Assembly (NCBI GenBank): GCA_043803685.1
Contig: JAZDJU010000034.1
Coordinates: 1 to 51,592, forward strand
Length of the DNA stretch: 51,592 bases
Direction of reading: 5' to 3'
Source: Candidatus Omnitrophota bacterium
GTDB taxonomy: Bacteria > Omnitrophota > Omnitrophia > Omnitrophales > Aquincolibacteriaceae
Under the pieces are notes generated by a model. It saw only the letters and a program-made list of their open reading frames with translations. It searched no databases and was not told the origin of the DNA. Within the stretch, counting starts at the first letter, position 1, and each line of letters opens with the position of its first letter. Both the position numbers and the translations under genes were made by a program. Positions 10,133 through 19,800 of this stretch are shown one piece after another.

Positions 10133-10618
10133 ATGATGACGTCTATGGATTGTTCTACCATTGTCACTTCGTTGGTGACCAGCATCGGAGGAACCGGAGT
10201 TTTTATCCTTATTGTTGCGTTCTTTGGGAAAAGGTGGCTCGGTTCAAGAATCGAAGAAGCTATTAAACATGAGTATGGCAAGATGCTAGAAGAATTTAAA
10301 TTTTCTTTTCGACAGCGAGAGCAAGCGGCCGCGATCGCTAAGCTTTTTTCGAAGTGGATTAAATATAATGGGCTGGAGGATAAGTTATTGAAAGAAAGCG
10401 AAAAGCGGGATCATTTCGAAGAAATAAATAGGCTGAATTGGGAATTAGCGATTTGGATTCCTGATGAAGAAATTGTGAAAAAAATAAACGGAAAGCTTGC
10501 TAATAACAATGAAGAAGATATTAGAAGCTTAATTTTGGACGTGAGATCTCTTGTCTTGGGCAAGAAGTCTGATGGCATAAATGGAACTGAGCTGACCTAT
10601 TTTTCAGTAAAAAACTAG
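10133..10618 (+). CDS. Hypothetical protein with an N-terminal TM helix
   Basis: 161-aa ORF after RBS AAGGAGG, with hydrophobic segment GGTGVFILIVAFFG followed by a helical region. Confidence 0.7.
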   Translation: MMTSMDCSTIVTSLVTSIGGTGVFILIVAFFGKRWLGSRIEEAIKHEYGKMLEEFKFSFRQREQAAAIAKLFSKWIKYNGLEDKLLKESEKRDHFEEINRLNWELAIWIPDEEIVKKINGKLANNNEEDIRSLILDVRSLVLGKKSDGINGTELTYFSVKN

Positions 10619-10690
10619 CGCCGAAGTAGTAGTTCATTTGATGTAAAGTCACTTTTTGTGTGAAATGCGAAATTGTTCCTAAGGAAAGAC

Positions 10691-11281
10691 ATGAAAAAAC
10701 AAACGAATAAGATCTGTCAGTTCAGGATCGCGCTTCAGGATGTCAGTCCGCCAATCTGGAGGCGGATCCTTGTGCAAAGTGATATATCGCTTCACCGCCT
10801 CTCATCTACGATCCTGCTCGCGATGGGCTGGAGCGGGGGGCATTTGCATCAGTTTGAGATCAATGAGAAATCCTACGGGATACCTGATGACGATTTTGAT
10901 TCGGATGAGGACATGAACGATGAACGAGGCTTCCGGCTCGACGACTTGGATCAGGGGGCGCTGAAATCGTTCACCTTCGAATATGATTTCGGTGACGGGT
11001 GGCGACACGCGGTCCAGCTGGAGGATGTCTTGGAGCCAGCCAAGGGGCAAAAATATCCTCTTTGTATTAGCGGCGCCAGGAACTGTCCGCCGGATGATTG
11101 CGGCGGCACGGGAGGCTATGAGGAATTTCTCGCCGCAATCCGGAATCCCAAGCACCCGGAGCACAAATCCATGACCGAGTGGATCGGAGGTAGGTTTGAT
11201 CCCGAAGCGTTCAATTTGGATCAAGTGAACGGCGTTCTCCAGGATGTGGCGAAATCAGAGAAGCAGTGGTGGGGCTGTTAG
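10691..11281 (+). CDS. Plasmid pRiA4b ORF-3 family protein
   Basis: PPIWRRILV, HLHQF, FEYDFGDGWRH, G.RNCPPDDCGG..GY and FDPE.F signature motifs. Confidence 0.9.
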   Translation: MKKQTNKICQFRIALQDVSPPIWRRILVQSDISLHRLSSTILLAMGWSGGHLHQFEINEKSYGIPDDDFDSDEDMNDERGFRLDDLDQGALKSFTFEYDFGDGWRHAVQLEDVLEPAKGQKYPLCISGARNCPPDDCGGTGGYEEFLAAIRNPKHPEHKSMTEWIGGRFDPEAFNLDQVNGVLQDVAKSEKQWWGC

Positions 11282-11493
11282 AAAGATCGCGCACATCAAG
11301 CCGGGTCTTCCTGCGTTTTAACACTGGCGAGATTGAAAGCTGTCTGCAGGCTGTCACGGAGCAACGAGACCCCGAACGATGTTCGTGACAATTTATTTCT
11401 AGTATAAAAACGTTCGCAAACATTGAACGGACCCTTCTTAACTCCATGTCCCATGAGGGGCTATCTACTATATAGAAGGGAGCTATCCATGAA

Positions 11494-11712
11494 ATGAATA
11501 AGCAAGACGGTATTTCAAGGTGTGAAGTCTCGGGGAAGTTGCTGGATGTCGACGAATTGTCGCAGCGCCTTGGGGTTAAGGTTAAGACCGTGTATTGCTG
11601 GGTCCATGCCCGGCAAATACCCTATGTCAAAGTGGGGCGCTTGGTAAAATTTGATCCTCTGGATATCTCACAATGGGTGGAAAGCAGAAAAGTCAGGTCA
11701 ATCCGGGGTTGA
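11494..11712 (+). CDS. Excisionase-like HTH DNA-binding protein (HTH_17)
   Basis: LLDVDELSQRLGVKVKTVYCWV...IPYVKVGRLVKFDP; lies next to the integrase. Confidence 0.8.
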   Translation: MNKQDGISRCEVSGKLLDVDELSQRLGVKVKTVYCWVHARQIPYVKVGRLVKFDPLDISQWVESRKVRSIRG

Positions 11713-11737
11713 CAAGGTTTAACAATGTTGATAACCT
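11709..11737 (+). promoter_or_regulatory. Putative sigma70 promoter with overlapping dyad, upstream of the HTH-integrase genes
   Basis: TTGACA (11709) - 17 bp - TAACCT with a TG extension. The imperfect inverted repeat AGGTT-TAACA-A-TGTTG-AT-AACCT spans the spacer. Confidence 0.45.
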
Positions 11738-11758
11738 GTACCTGGCTTTGGGAACGAC

Positions 11759-11944
11759 ATGGAAAAAAATAAGCGATTCTATCTTGATGAGGTCGTCAAA
11801 ATGCTCGGGATACCGCGGAGCTCCTATTACAACTGGGAGCGTGCGGGGAAGATTCCTTTGCCGAAGCGTGATCCGATGAGTCATTATCGCTATTGGACGG
11901 AAGAAGACCTTCTGAAACTTAAGAAGGTCACGGGGAGAGGCTGA
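11759..11944 (+). CDS. MerR/AlpA-like small HTH protein (possible recombination directionality factor)
   Basis: EVVKMLGIPRSSYYNWERAGKIP.P.RDPMSHYRYWTEEDL, a MerR-type winged HTH. Confidence 0.8.
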   Translation: MEKNKRFYLDEVVKMLGIPRSSYYNWERAGKIPLPKRDPMSHYRYWTEEDLLKLKKVTGRG

Positions 11945-11945
11945 A

Positions 11946-13190
11946 ATGGGCGTTTTTCAAAAAAAATGCGGAGTTTGTGATGGGTGCCGGGAGGGTCGCG
12001 CCAAGTGTAAGGCGGGGACCTGGTATGTGGATTATTACGTTAACGGCCGTCGTCGCCGCGAAACTGCCCCCAATAAGGCGATGGCAGAGGACCTGTTGAG
12101 CAAACGCAAGATACAGATTAAAGAGAATAAGTATTTCGACATCAGGAAGGAAAGCCGCCTTACGTTTCGTGAGCTTTCAGAGAAGTATCTCAAACATTGC
12201 GAGCTGACCGGAAAAAAATCGTGGAAAAGCACTGATGTTGGCAACATGGAACATCTGGTCGATTATTTCGGGGCTATGCTCGTCAGTGAGATAAGCTCTG
12301 AAGATGTTGAGGTGTACAAGCAAAAGCGTTTGAAAGATGTGAAAATTTCGAAGAGGCGGAAAATCGAAATGCATGTGAAGCCCTCTACGATTAATCATGA
12401 ACTTTCCTGCATGCGAACCGCGATCAATAAAGCGATTTATGAATGGCGTGATCCCGAAAATAAGCGGCTTCCATTGTTTGCAGGTCCCAATCCCGCCGCA
12501 AGGTTTAAAAGACTCAGGGAAATTTCAAGAGACCGTTTTCTGACCAAGGGCGAATTGATAAAGCTTCTCGAGGTAAGTGATCCGGAGCTTCGCCAGTATA
12601 TCCTTGTGGCCGTAAACACGGGTATGCGAAAAGGGGAAATGCAGGGCATGACCCCTGCGGCTGTGAAGCTTGATTTAAATTACATTTTTCTTCCTGAAAC
12701 CAAGAACGGGGAAACGCGGTATGTGCCGACGAACGAAACCGTGAAGTCAATTCTCCGAGGTTCTTTTGATTTTTCATATAACCCGCGGAAGGCCTTTGCG
12801 ACTGCGCTGGGTCGCGCGGAGATTAAGGGCTTGCGCTTCCATGATCTCCGGCATACGTTTGCCAGTTATTTGGCGCACCTTGGGGTGGATCTTTATACGA
12901 TTTCTGTATTGCTTGGACATAAGACCAAGGGGGGCGTATACTCCATCACCGCTCGCTATACCCATTTGCAGCAGGACCATCTTTTGACGGCGGTTAAAAA
13001 ATTGGATACCTATTTGAGCGATGTTTTGCCTGGTTACAGAGAGGGTACATATAATGAAGGGCGGGGCGGATTCAAGACGAAGGAGCCTGGGACTGTTTGG
13101 GCGGTCAAGTACCGTCAATTACCCTCTAAGATGGACACTTTTTGGACACCTGGGCGAAAGCGTAAATCTCTAACTACTTTATTCAATTAG
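11946..13190 (+). CDS. int: Tyrosine recombinase / phage-type integrase
   Basis: Catalytic set intact: TGMRKGE (R), TKNG (K), HDLRH (HxxR), LGH and TARYTH (Y). N-terminal arm-binding beta strand WYVDYYVNGRRRRE and a core-binding domain. Confidence 0.95.
   Translation: MGVFQKKCGVCDGCREGRAKCKAGTWYVDYYVNGRRRRETAPNKAMAEDLLSKRKIQIKENKYFDIRKESRLTFRELSEKYLKHCELTGKKSWKSTDVGNMEHLVDYFGAMLVSEISSEDVEVYKQKRLKDVKISKRRKIEMHVKPSTINHELSCMRTAINKAIYEWRDPENKRLPLFAGPNPAARFKRLREISRDRFLTKGELIKLLEVSDPELRQYILVAVNTGMRKGEMQGMTPAAVKLDLNYIFLPETKNGETRYVPTNETVKSILRGSFDFSYNPRKAFATALGRAEIKGLRFHDLRHTFASYLAHLGVDLYTISVLLGHKTKGGVYSITARYTHLQQDHLLTAVKKLDTYLSDVLPGYREGTYNEGRGGFKTKEPGTVWAVKYRQLPSKMDTFWTPGRKRKSLTTLFN
13132..13149 (+). 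repeat. Tandem TGGACAC repeats, putative integrase arm-type binding sites
   Basis: TGGACAC at 13132 and 13143 (11-bp period), about 50 bp from the tRNA remnant. Confidence 0.45.
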
Positions 13191-13198
13191 GGATAAGG

Positions 13199-13255
13199 GG
13201 ATAGAGCATCAGCCTTCTAAGCAGGGGGTCCCGCGTTCTACTCGCGGCAGGCGCG
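13199..13255 (+). pseudogene. 5'-truncated tRNA-Arg(TCT) remnant, att junction of the island
   Basis: GGATAGAGC-A-TCAGC-CTTCTAA-GCAGG-GGGTC-CCGCG-TTCTACT-CGCGG-CAGGCGC-G gives the D-loop 3' half, anticodon TCT, T-arm and 3' acceptor strand. The 5' acceptor/D-stem strand is absent, the anticodon stem has an A-A mismatch and the T-loop is TTCTA. Confidence 0.8.
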
Positions 13256-13475
13256 TTTTTTCGTGATGTAAAGAAAAAACGTCCTTCCGTTTTTACCTGA
13301 AGCGTATTTGTCCGTGAAGCGAATCCGCTGAGGTTTAATTTTTTTGTTTTAATGCGTTCCCCGCCACAAAGCGCTGGCGGGTCTGTCCAACAGCGCTTTG
13401 CGGACGGGTCCGCCGCGCTGTTTGGCGGAGAATCGCGCCGGGGTCGTAGTTTCTTGAGGACATTTTAGTGGTGCG

Positions 13476-13512
13476 AAAAGCCCAAAGGGGGGGTGCCCCT
13501 TTGGGCTTTTTT
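13476..13512. terminator. Intrinsic (possibly bidirectional) terminator
   Basis: AAAAGCCCAAAGGGG-gggtg-CCCCTTTGGGCTTTT(TT), a perfect stem with A and T tails. Confidence 0.75.
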
Positions 13513-13648
13513 GTCTTATGTGGGGCGAAAAAATAATGTCCAATTGACTAAGTTTAGATGAAATTTCTATTGATAAATGAGTCATTTTTGTCTTAACCGT
13601 ATTGTTTTGAATGAGTTGCGTGATTTAAAAGATAATAACATAGCCATC

Positions 13649-13677
13649 TTGACAAAATTACAATCATTCGACATATT
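13649..13677 (+). promoter_or_regulatory. Putative sigma70 promoter of the large secreted protein
   Basis: TTGACA - 17 bp - CATATT in a very AT-rich intergenic region. Confidence 0.4.
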
Positions 13678-13861
13678 TTTACTGTATGAAGCGATTTAAT
13701 AAATCAAAACATAGCGTTTATATATGAATATAATTTTATGAAGAATAAATCTAAATATAAATTCTCATGGTTTGAAATTTCTAGGGAAGCGTGCTACGTT
13801 TCAGCAGTACGAATTAAGCATGTTTTAAAAGAATTTAGTTGTTAACGTATTGGGAGGCATG

Positions 13862-16800
13862 ATGCTTTCAGGTGGGAATCAAAAACAAGTTAGACGGATC
13901 GTAAGCTTCCTGACGATTTGTTTTTTTCTTGTTTCCCAGGTCTCATTTGCGAACCCTGGGGCAGGGATCGAGGTCGCTGCGAATCGGGAAATGCCCGGGT
14001 TCCTCAGGATCGATATTCCCACGGAGCTGGCAAGTCTTGATGGCATCTGGGAAGCGCCTTCTTCGGTCGATTCCAGGGTCGTCCTGCATATCCAGAATGC
14101 TCACGCCAATTATGGGGCCCAGAAGAAGATCGAAGAGCTTCTGGAGTATCTGAACAAAACTTATGCCATCAATACGATCTTTGTCGAAGGCGCGGCTGAG
14201 GACCTGAACCCCGACTACCTCAAACTCTTCCCTGACAAAGCGCGGAATCTGGAACTTGCGGATCTCCTGGCCCAGCAAGGCGAACTTACAGGCGCCGAAC
14301 TTTATCTTTTAGAAGCAGACTACGGACCACAGACCACAGACCCTAGACAAAAAAGGGATTCAAAGCTTCAGTCTCCAGTCTCCAGTCTCCAGTCTGGCCC
14401 CGTCAGGGGCGTGGGGATCGAGGACGCGGGACTTTACCGCAGTAACTACGAAGCTCTCAAGAAAGTCTTTGGCGCCGAGGCGCTTGTGAACCGTTACCTC
14501 CAGGGGTATGAATCCCGGCTTGAAGCGCTGTCCTCAAAGATCTTCACGAATGATCTCCGAAGAATTCTTGCGGATTGGCAGAAATTCGAGAAGGGACACC
14601 GCGAGTTCATGCCGTATATTCGCAGCCTTGCTGCCGATGCGAAGCGTGTCCTGGATCTCGATCTGGAAAGCCTGTTCTCACAAGTGGAATGGCCGCAGAT
14701 CACGCGCCTTCTTGTCCTTCAGGGGATGGAAAAAGAACTGGATACTGCCAAGGCATTGGAAGAGAAAGATAAGCTCATAAGCTTTTTGAAAGCCAAGGGC
14801 GTTTCCCCGCGAATCATTGCAGAAGTGGAGAATTTCAAGGAACAGCGTTTGAGCGTCCGCCAAGGCGAGGGCGAAATGATGGAACCTCGGGATGTCCTCG
14901 AAGCGCTTGTAAAGGAAGCCGGTCCCAACGGTTTCCGGTTCAGTGAGTATCCCGCGTTCAGCCTTTACGCCGGGTATCTGATCCTCAAAAGCGAACTGGA
15001 TGCCAAAGGGCTTTTTGAAGAGATCAAAGCGCTTTTCGGGAAGATCCTCGGCAAGCTTGCGGAAAGTCCGCAGCAGAAGAGCCTGCTGGAACTTTATCGC
15101 GACGAGGAACTCGCCCGGAAACTCTTGAGCCTCGAACTGAGCCGCCGGGATTGGAAGGATGCTCTCGGGCGTAAGACCGAGATCCAGATGGATTCGATGG
15201 TCTCCCGTCTCAAAGATCTTAGTAGCGCAGTCACAAAAGAAATGAATCTTGCACCCTCCGACCTCGAAACCAGGAAACTCAGCCCGAAATTTCAAGAGCA
15301 GATACTGGATCTTTATGGCTCGGCATTCAGCTTTTATGAGTTTGCCCGCCAGAGAGAATCCATGTTCTATGAGAAGATCAACGCGGTGATGGGGAAAGGC
15401 TCTTCAAGCAAAGCCGTCCTGATCACCGGAGGTTTCCACACCGACGGCATGACCGATCTTTTCCGCGAACATAACATCAGCTACGGTGTTCTTACCCCGC
15501 GCCTTATGGAAAAGAGCGACGAGAAACTCTACCGGAACACCATGCTGCAGAATGAAAAGCAGCTTTTCACGATCTCGTATTTGGAATTGGCGAACGGCGC
15601 CACCTCCCTTGCGACTCGAAAAGATCAGGGGTTTGACCCGTCAAAAGAGCTGGGCGATTTGATCAAGGCTTTTCGCAGCAAGCTTCCTAAAGAATATGCG
15701 ACGGGCCAGGGAGTTGCGGATGCTTTTAATGGTTCAATAGCGGCCAAGGCGTTTGGAATTACACTGGAATTCCAGCCCGAGAAGACATCTGAAACGACTG
15801 GCATCGATACCTATAAGGTCAAAGGTCTCCAAAAGTTCGAGGGCATCGAAGTTCCCGTCTCCCGCTCCGAGGCGCGAAGTTTGTTGGATATTTTTCAGCG
15901 GGGTATTGAAGCCAAAGTTAGTGCGTATTCGAACGGTTATCCGCTATCTCAATCAGCGTTTGATGAGGCTGCTGAGCGGACCCGTGTACTCATGCAAGCT
16001 GACTCGATTTCCGGTACGGTAGATGCCGTGGCGGCGAATTTTTTTACGAGCATCGATGGTTTAACTGATCCTGAGGACACCGCCCTTTTGAATGTCTTGT
16101 TAAAAACAGTTTTATTTGATGAGCAGGGACGTTTTCGCGAAGACCGCGATCGCCAGGCTCGAATCGCGAGTATTGTCTCTGAAGCTCGTCCGGGAGGGGC
16201 GTGGGCGATGCTTTCGAATGAGGCTAAACAGAAACCGTTAAGCCAAGTAGTGACACAAATGATCGGGTTGGTTCAGCCCATTATTAACACTCGCAAGGGA
16301 AAAGCAGGGGTCGATACAGGTCGGCTTGAAGCAGAAATCAGGTTTGCGGGCAATGTTTCTCGCCCATATGAAGTTGCTACCCTGGCTCAAGGGTTAGCCT
16401 CGGAACTCGGCCGTTTGAATTATCTAGCTACACCTGAGCAGACCGAGGCGATTCAAAATGTTGTTGATCAGTTGAAAAAAATTGAAGGCGAATATCGGCG
16501 CCGTTCGGAGGCGAGGTTGGGGGAATTGTACGGCTATATGATGCAGAAAGTGATGTTGCCGGCCGTGCTTGCCATGTGGCTTGCCGTGCCGTCCTTTGCT
16601 GCTGCCGAGAACAGCCAACCCTATAGCGTACGCCTTGATCCCACGATGGGGATGGAGGCCGGAGCTACAAATCTTTACTCGGCTTACAGGGGGCTGAATG
16701 AATTTGTGATCAATCCCGTGACCGCGCACATTCCTTATGTTGAAGATAACGCATTAGGTCGACTTGCTAAATGGGGCACCTTGGATAATATAACCGTAGG

Positions 16801-19800
16801 TTTCGTGGTCGCTCAACACGAGATCTTCGGTCATGGTGCAAGGTCACGAGGGGAAGGGGATTATGGTTCGACGTATGAAATTGAATTTGCCCCCCCCCGG
16901 CAATGGGAGGATTTAAAATGGAGCACGCTCGTGGGTTGGTGGTCGGGAGCTGCTGCGCGGGGCGACATGACGTATACGGTCGATGGATCTCTCGCAACAA
17001 CCGCCGGCGGAATGGAAAGTACCCAAGTGATGTCGGACGAGATCCGCAGAAGCGTGTACCGGAATGGCGGGACTTATCAGGATGGGCTGCTTTACTATCT
17101 TGCGAAACTTGACTTGTCTAATTACATCTTCAATACGTCCAACCCGGGTTCCCACCCAGGCCAACAGCTTTTAAATGGGGGGGGCGCTAGCAATGACGTC
17201 CAGAAGTATTATGAGAATATGGTTAAAAAGTATGGAGAAGATGCAGGGCTTTGGGAGGATATGCAGCGCGTGGCTCTCTGGAACGCGCTCGATCCCACGC
17301 TTTGGATGGCGTTGTGGGAGCAGTTGGATTATGTGGGGAGAGGCAACAAGGATTTCACATTGCCACGGATCCTGCCTTACACCGGGGCCAACCTTACGCC
17401 GCTCGGTCCGGAATATTATCTGGGGGCGAACTTCACTGCGGCCGAACTTTACTGGGACATTTATGGAAGACGAGGTGTCGGTCCATCCGGAGATTTCTAC
17501 GGAGTTGGGTTGCGTGTCGGAGATATCGATTTAGGCAATGGTTACTTTTTAGGGGTGAACCTGGATGGGTGGAAGCAGGAGGGCGAAGTCGGATATTCCG
17601 CAGAAGCGACGATCGGCCGGAATATTACCGATAATCTCAAAGTCGTTTTGGGTGCGGGCTATAAGACGGATGGCGATCTCAAAGGGCAACCCAGCGACGA
17701 AGGTCCGTCGGTATCCATAAAGTTCGAGGTTCCTTTTTCTAAACCTCGCTCCGAGGTGAGGGGGAAGGAGATCGAGGAACTTACGTCGAGTCTTGCCCGG
17801 CTTTCCCCTGAGGTTTTGGGATCGCTTGCCGAGATGTCGAAGCCGTCCTATAGTTTTTTAAGTGCGACACGGCAGAAGGAAAATACGGCCAAACATACTG
17901 CGCTGCTTGATATTTTGAAGAAGAATGGAGTGATCGTGCCCGAGGCGTTGGGGGCGCAATGGCCGGAACAGGGAAGAGGCATGGATGGGGCGTATGTGAC
18001 GGCACCTTTTCTGGAGATCGTCCGAAAGATCGTTACTGACACGATCGACGGACAAAGACTTGCCGAAAGGACGGCGTTTGTTAGGGGGCAGAACCGTCGC
18101 GTAGCACAGGTCCGTGGGCTTGCGGAAGGAGCTGTTTTAGCGCTCGAAAATGAGGAGCTCCGTGGGGGTTCCCTTCCTGGGCAAATGTATGGAACTGCTT
18201 ATACCCCAGCGGTGCCGTTTCCCGCGACGAGTCATTTTGATAAGTTTGAGGAGAGTGTTGCCGGGTTGCCGGCAGAAGTTCTCGCGGAGCTGGAACGATT
18301 ATCGAAAATAACGCCTGCTTCTGTGGAGGCTACGACAAAGAATCATGAGGGGATCCTGGCTCTTTTGGGACAGCAAGGTGTGATTGTACCCCTGGCGTTG
18401 GGCGTCGAATGGCCCAAGGATGATACGAGTGTTAGCGGGGATGGAGTGGACCGGAACGTTGCCGCGCCGTTGTTGGAGCGGATATGGATCGTTCTGGGAG
18501 ATAAAACCAAAGTAGCTAACGCAGTGCTCGAGAAGCAACGGTTTGAGAAAATCGCTGAAGATATCCGTGCCCGGAACCGTCGCGCGGCGCAGGTCCGTGG
18601 GCTTGAGGAGGGAGTAGCCCTCCGGCTCGGAGCGGAAGGAGCGGATTATCCGCAGTTTACGTCGAGTATGGCCGGGCTTTCCCCTGAGGTTTTGGGATCG
18701 CTTGCCGAGATGTCGAAGCAGTCCTATAGTTTTTTAAATGCGACACGGCAGAAAGAAAATACGGCCAAACATGCTGCGCTGCTGGGAGTTTTAGAGAAGA
18801 ATGGAGTGATCGTGCCCGAGGCGTTGGGGGCGCAATGGCCGGAACGTGGGAGAGATATGGATGGGGCGTATGTGACGGCGCCTTTTCTGAATTTCGTTCA
18901 AAAAGTTGTAAGCCAAAATGCTGCTGAACCGGCCGCCTCCCGTTCGGAAGCGAGGGTAACGGCTGTTCGTGAAGCAATCAACCAAGCCGATTTTTCGGTT
19001 GTCGGGGAAGCTAAGCTTGGGACGAATTTCGAGGCGGTTGGAAAGCTGGAGAGCCGGGGAGCGATAGGGTTCGTCATTGTTGCGGCCGTGGCTGGGATGG
19101 AGTTCGACAATAGGACGGATAAATTGAAGCCGGAGCAAATGGCTGACGTCATTGTGCAACTTGCAAGCGCGAGTGTAGCGAAGGCTGCGGGCTGGGTCCA
19201 GGCGATCCGGGATATTTTTGACGGGTTGGCTGCGAAGTTATTTCCAAAGACTGAAAAAGTTTCGATCATGGACAAGCCCGGCGTGGTGTTCGCTCAGCTA
19301 GGCAGGGAAGCTTTGAAAGATATTGGAGCGGGTGACCTAGCGCCATTGGGGAATAAATTTCAGGAGATGGTTTACATCGTACCTGTGCAGAATGAAGCGG
19401 GGAAAAAAGAGGTTCAGCCGCTTATCGATGAGGCCAAGGTTCGCTTGGCCGCTATTCTCAAAGATCTGGATGCGAATAAGCGATTTGACATTGTGCCGAT
19501 GGTGATTGATAAAAACAGATCGAGAACGGCGCGAGCGGCGCTCGCAAAACTCGCAAGTCAGAGAATGAAGACGATCGCGGCGGTTGCGCCCGGCCAGCGT
19601 AATTATGTTCTTATGGGTGCTGGTGAAGGGTTTTTGGATGTTTTTAACGAGGGGGGATTGCTGCCGGCAGTTATGATCAACGAAGGTTATAGCAAGGATG
19701 CCAACCGTCGTGTTGCAACCTCAACTCTCGCATCGATCGTGTCCCAGAGGCTCCTGAGCGCCAGTGAGGTTGATGCGATCAGGGAAGTTCTTAGTGGAAA

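Larger units (their letters stand above)
1..13255. mobile_element. Right part of an integrative element/genomic island inserted at tRNA-Arg(TCT); left boundary not seen
   Basis: Tyrosine integrase and excisionase-like HTHs directly abut a truncated tRNA-Arg. Defence-like, AT-richer cargo lies at 4.4-10.6 kb. Including 1-4.4 kb is inferred, because no second att copy was seen in the window. Confidence 0.65.

Noticed and set aside
1..13190. Prophage
   Set aside because: No structural, terminase or replication genes are visible; only integrase/HTH and cargo genes.
13199..13255. Functional tRNA-Arg gene
   Set aside because: The 5' acceptor strand and D-stem are missing, the anticodon stem is mismatched and the T-loop is mutated; treated as an att remnant.
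17781..18889. Diversity-generating retroelement TR/VR pair
   Set aside because: Both copies are in frame in the same ORF, differences are not confined to adenines, and there is no reverse transcriptase in the window.
15863..18955. RSE[AV]R-coding DNA as integron/shufflon-like recombination sites or CRISPR repeats
   Set aside because: Only ~15 bp, variable at third codon positions, spaced 0.6-1.2 kb apart and non-palindromic; conservation appears to be at protein level.
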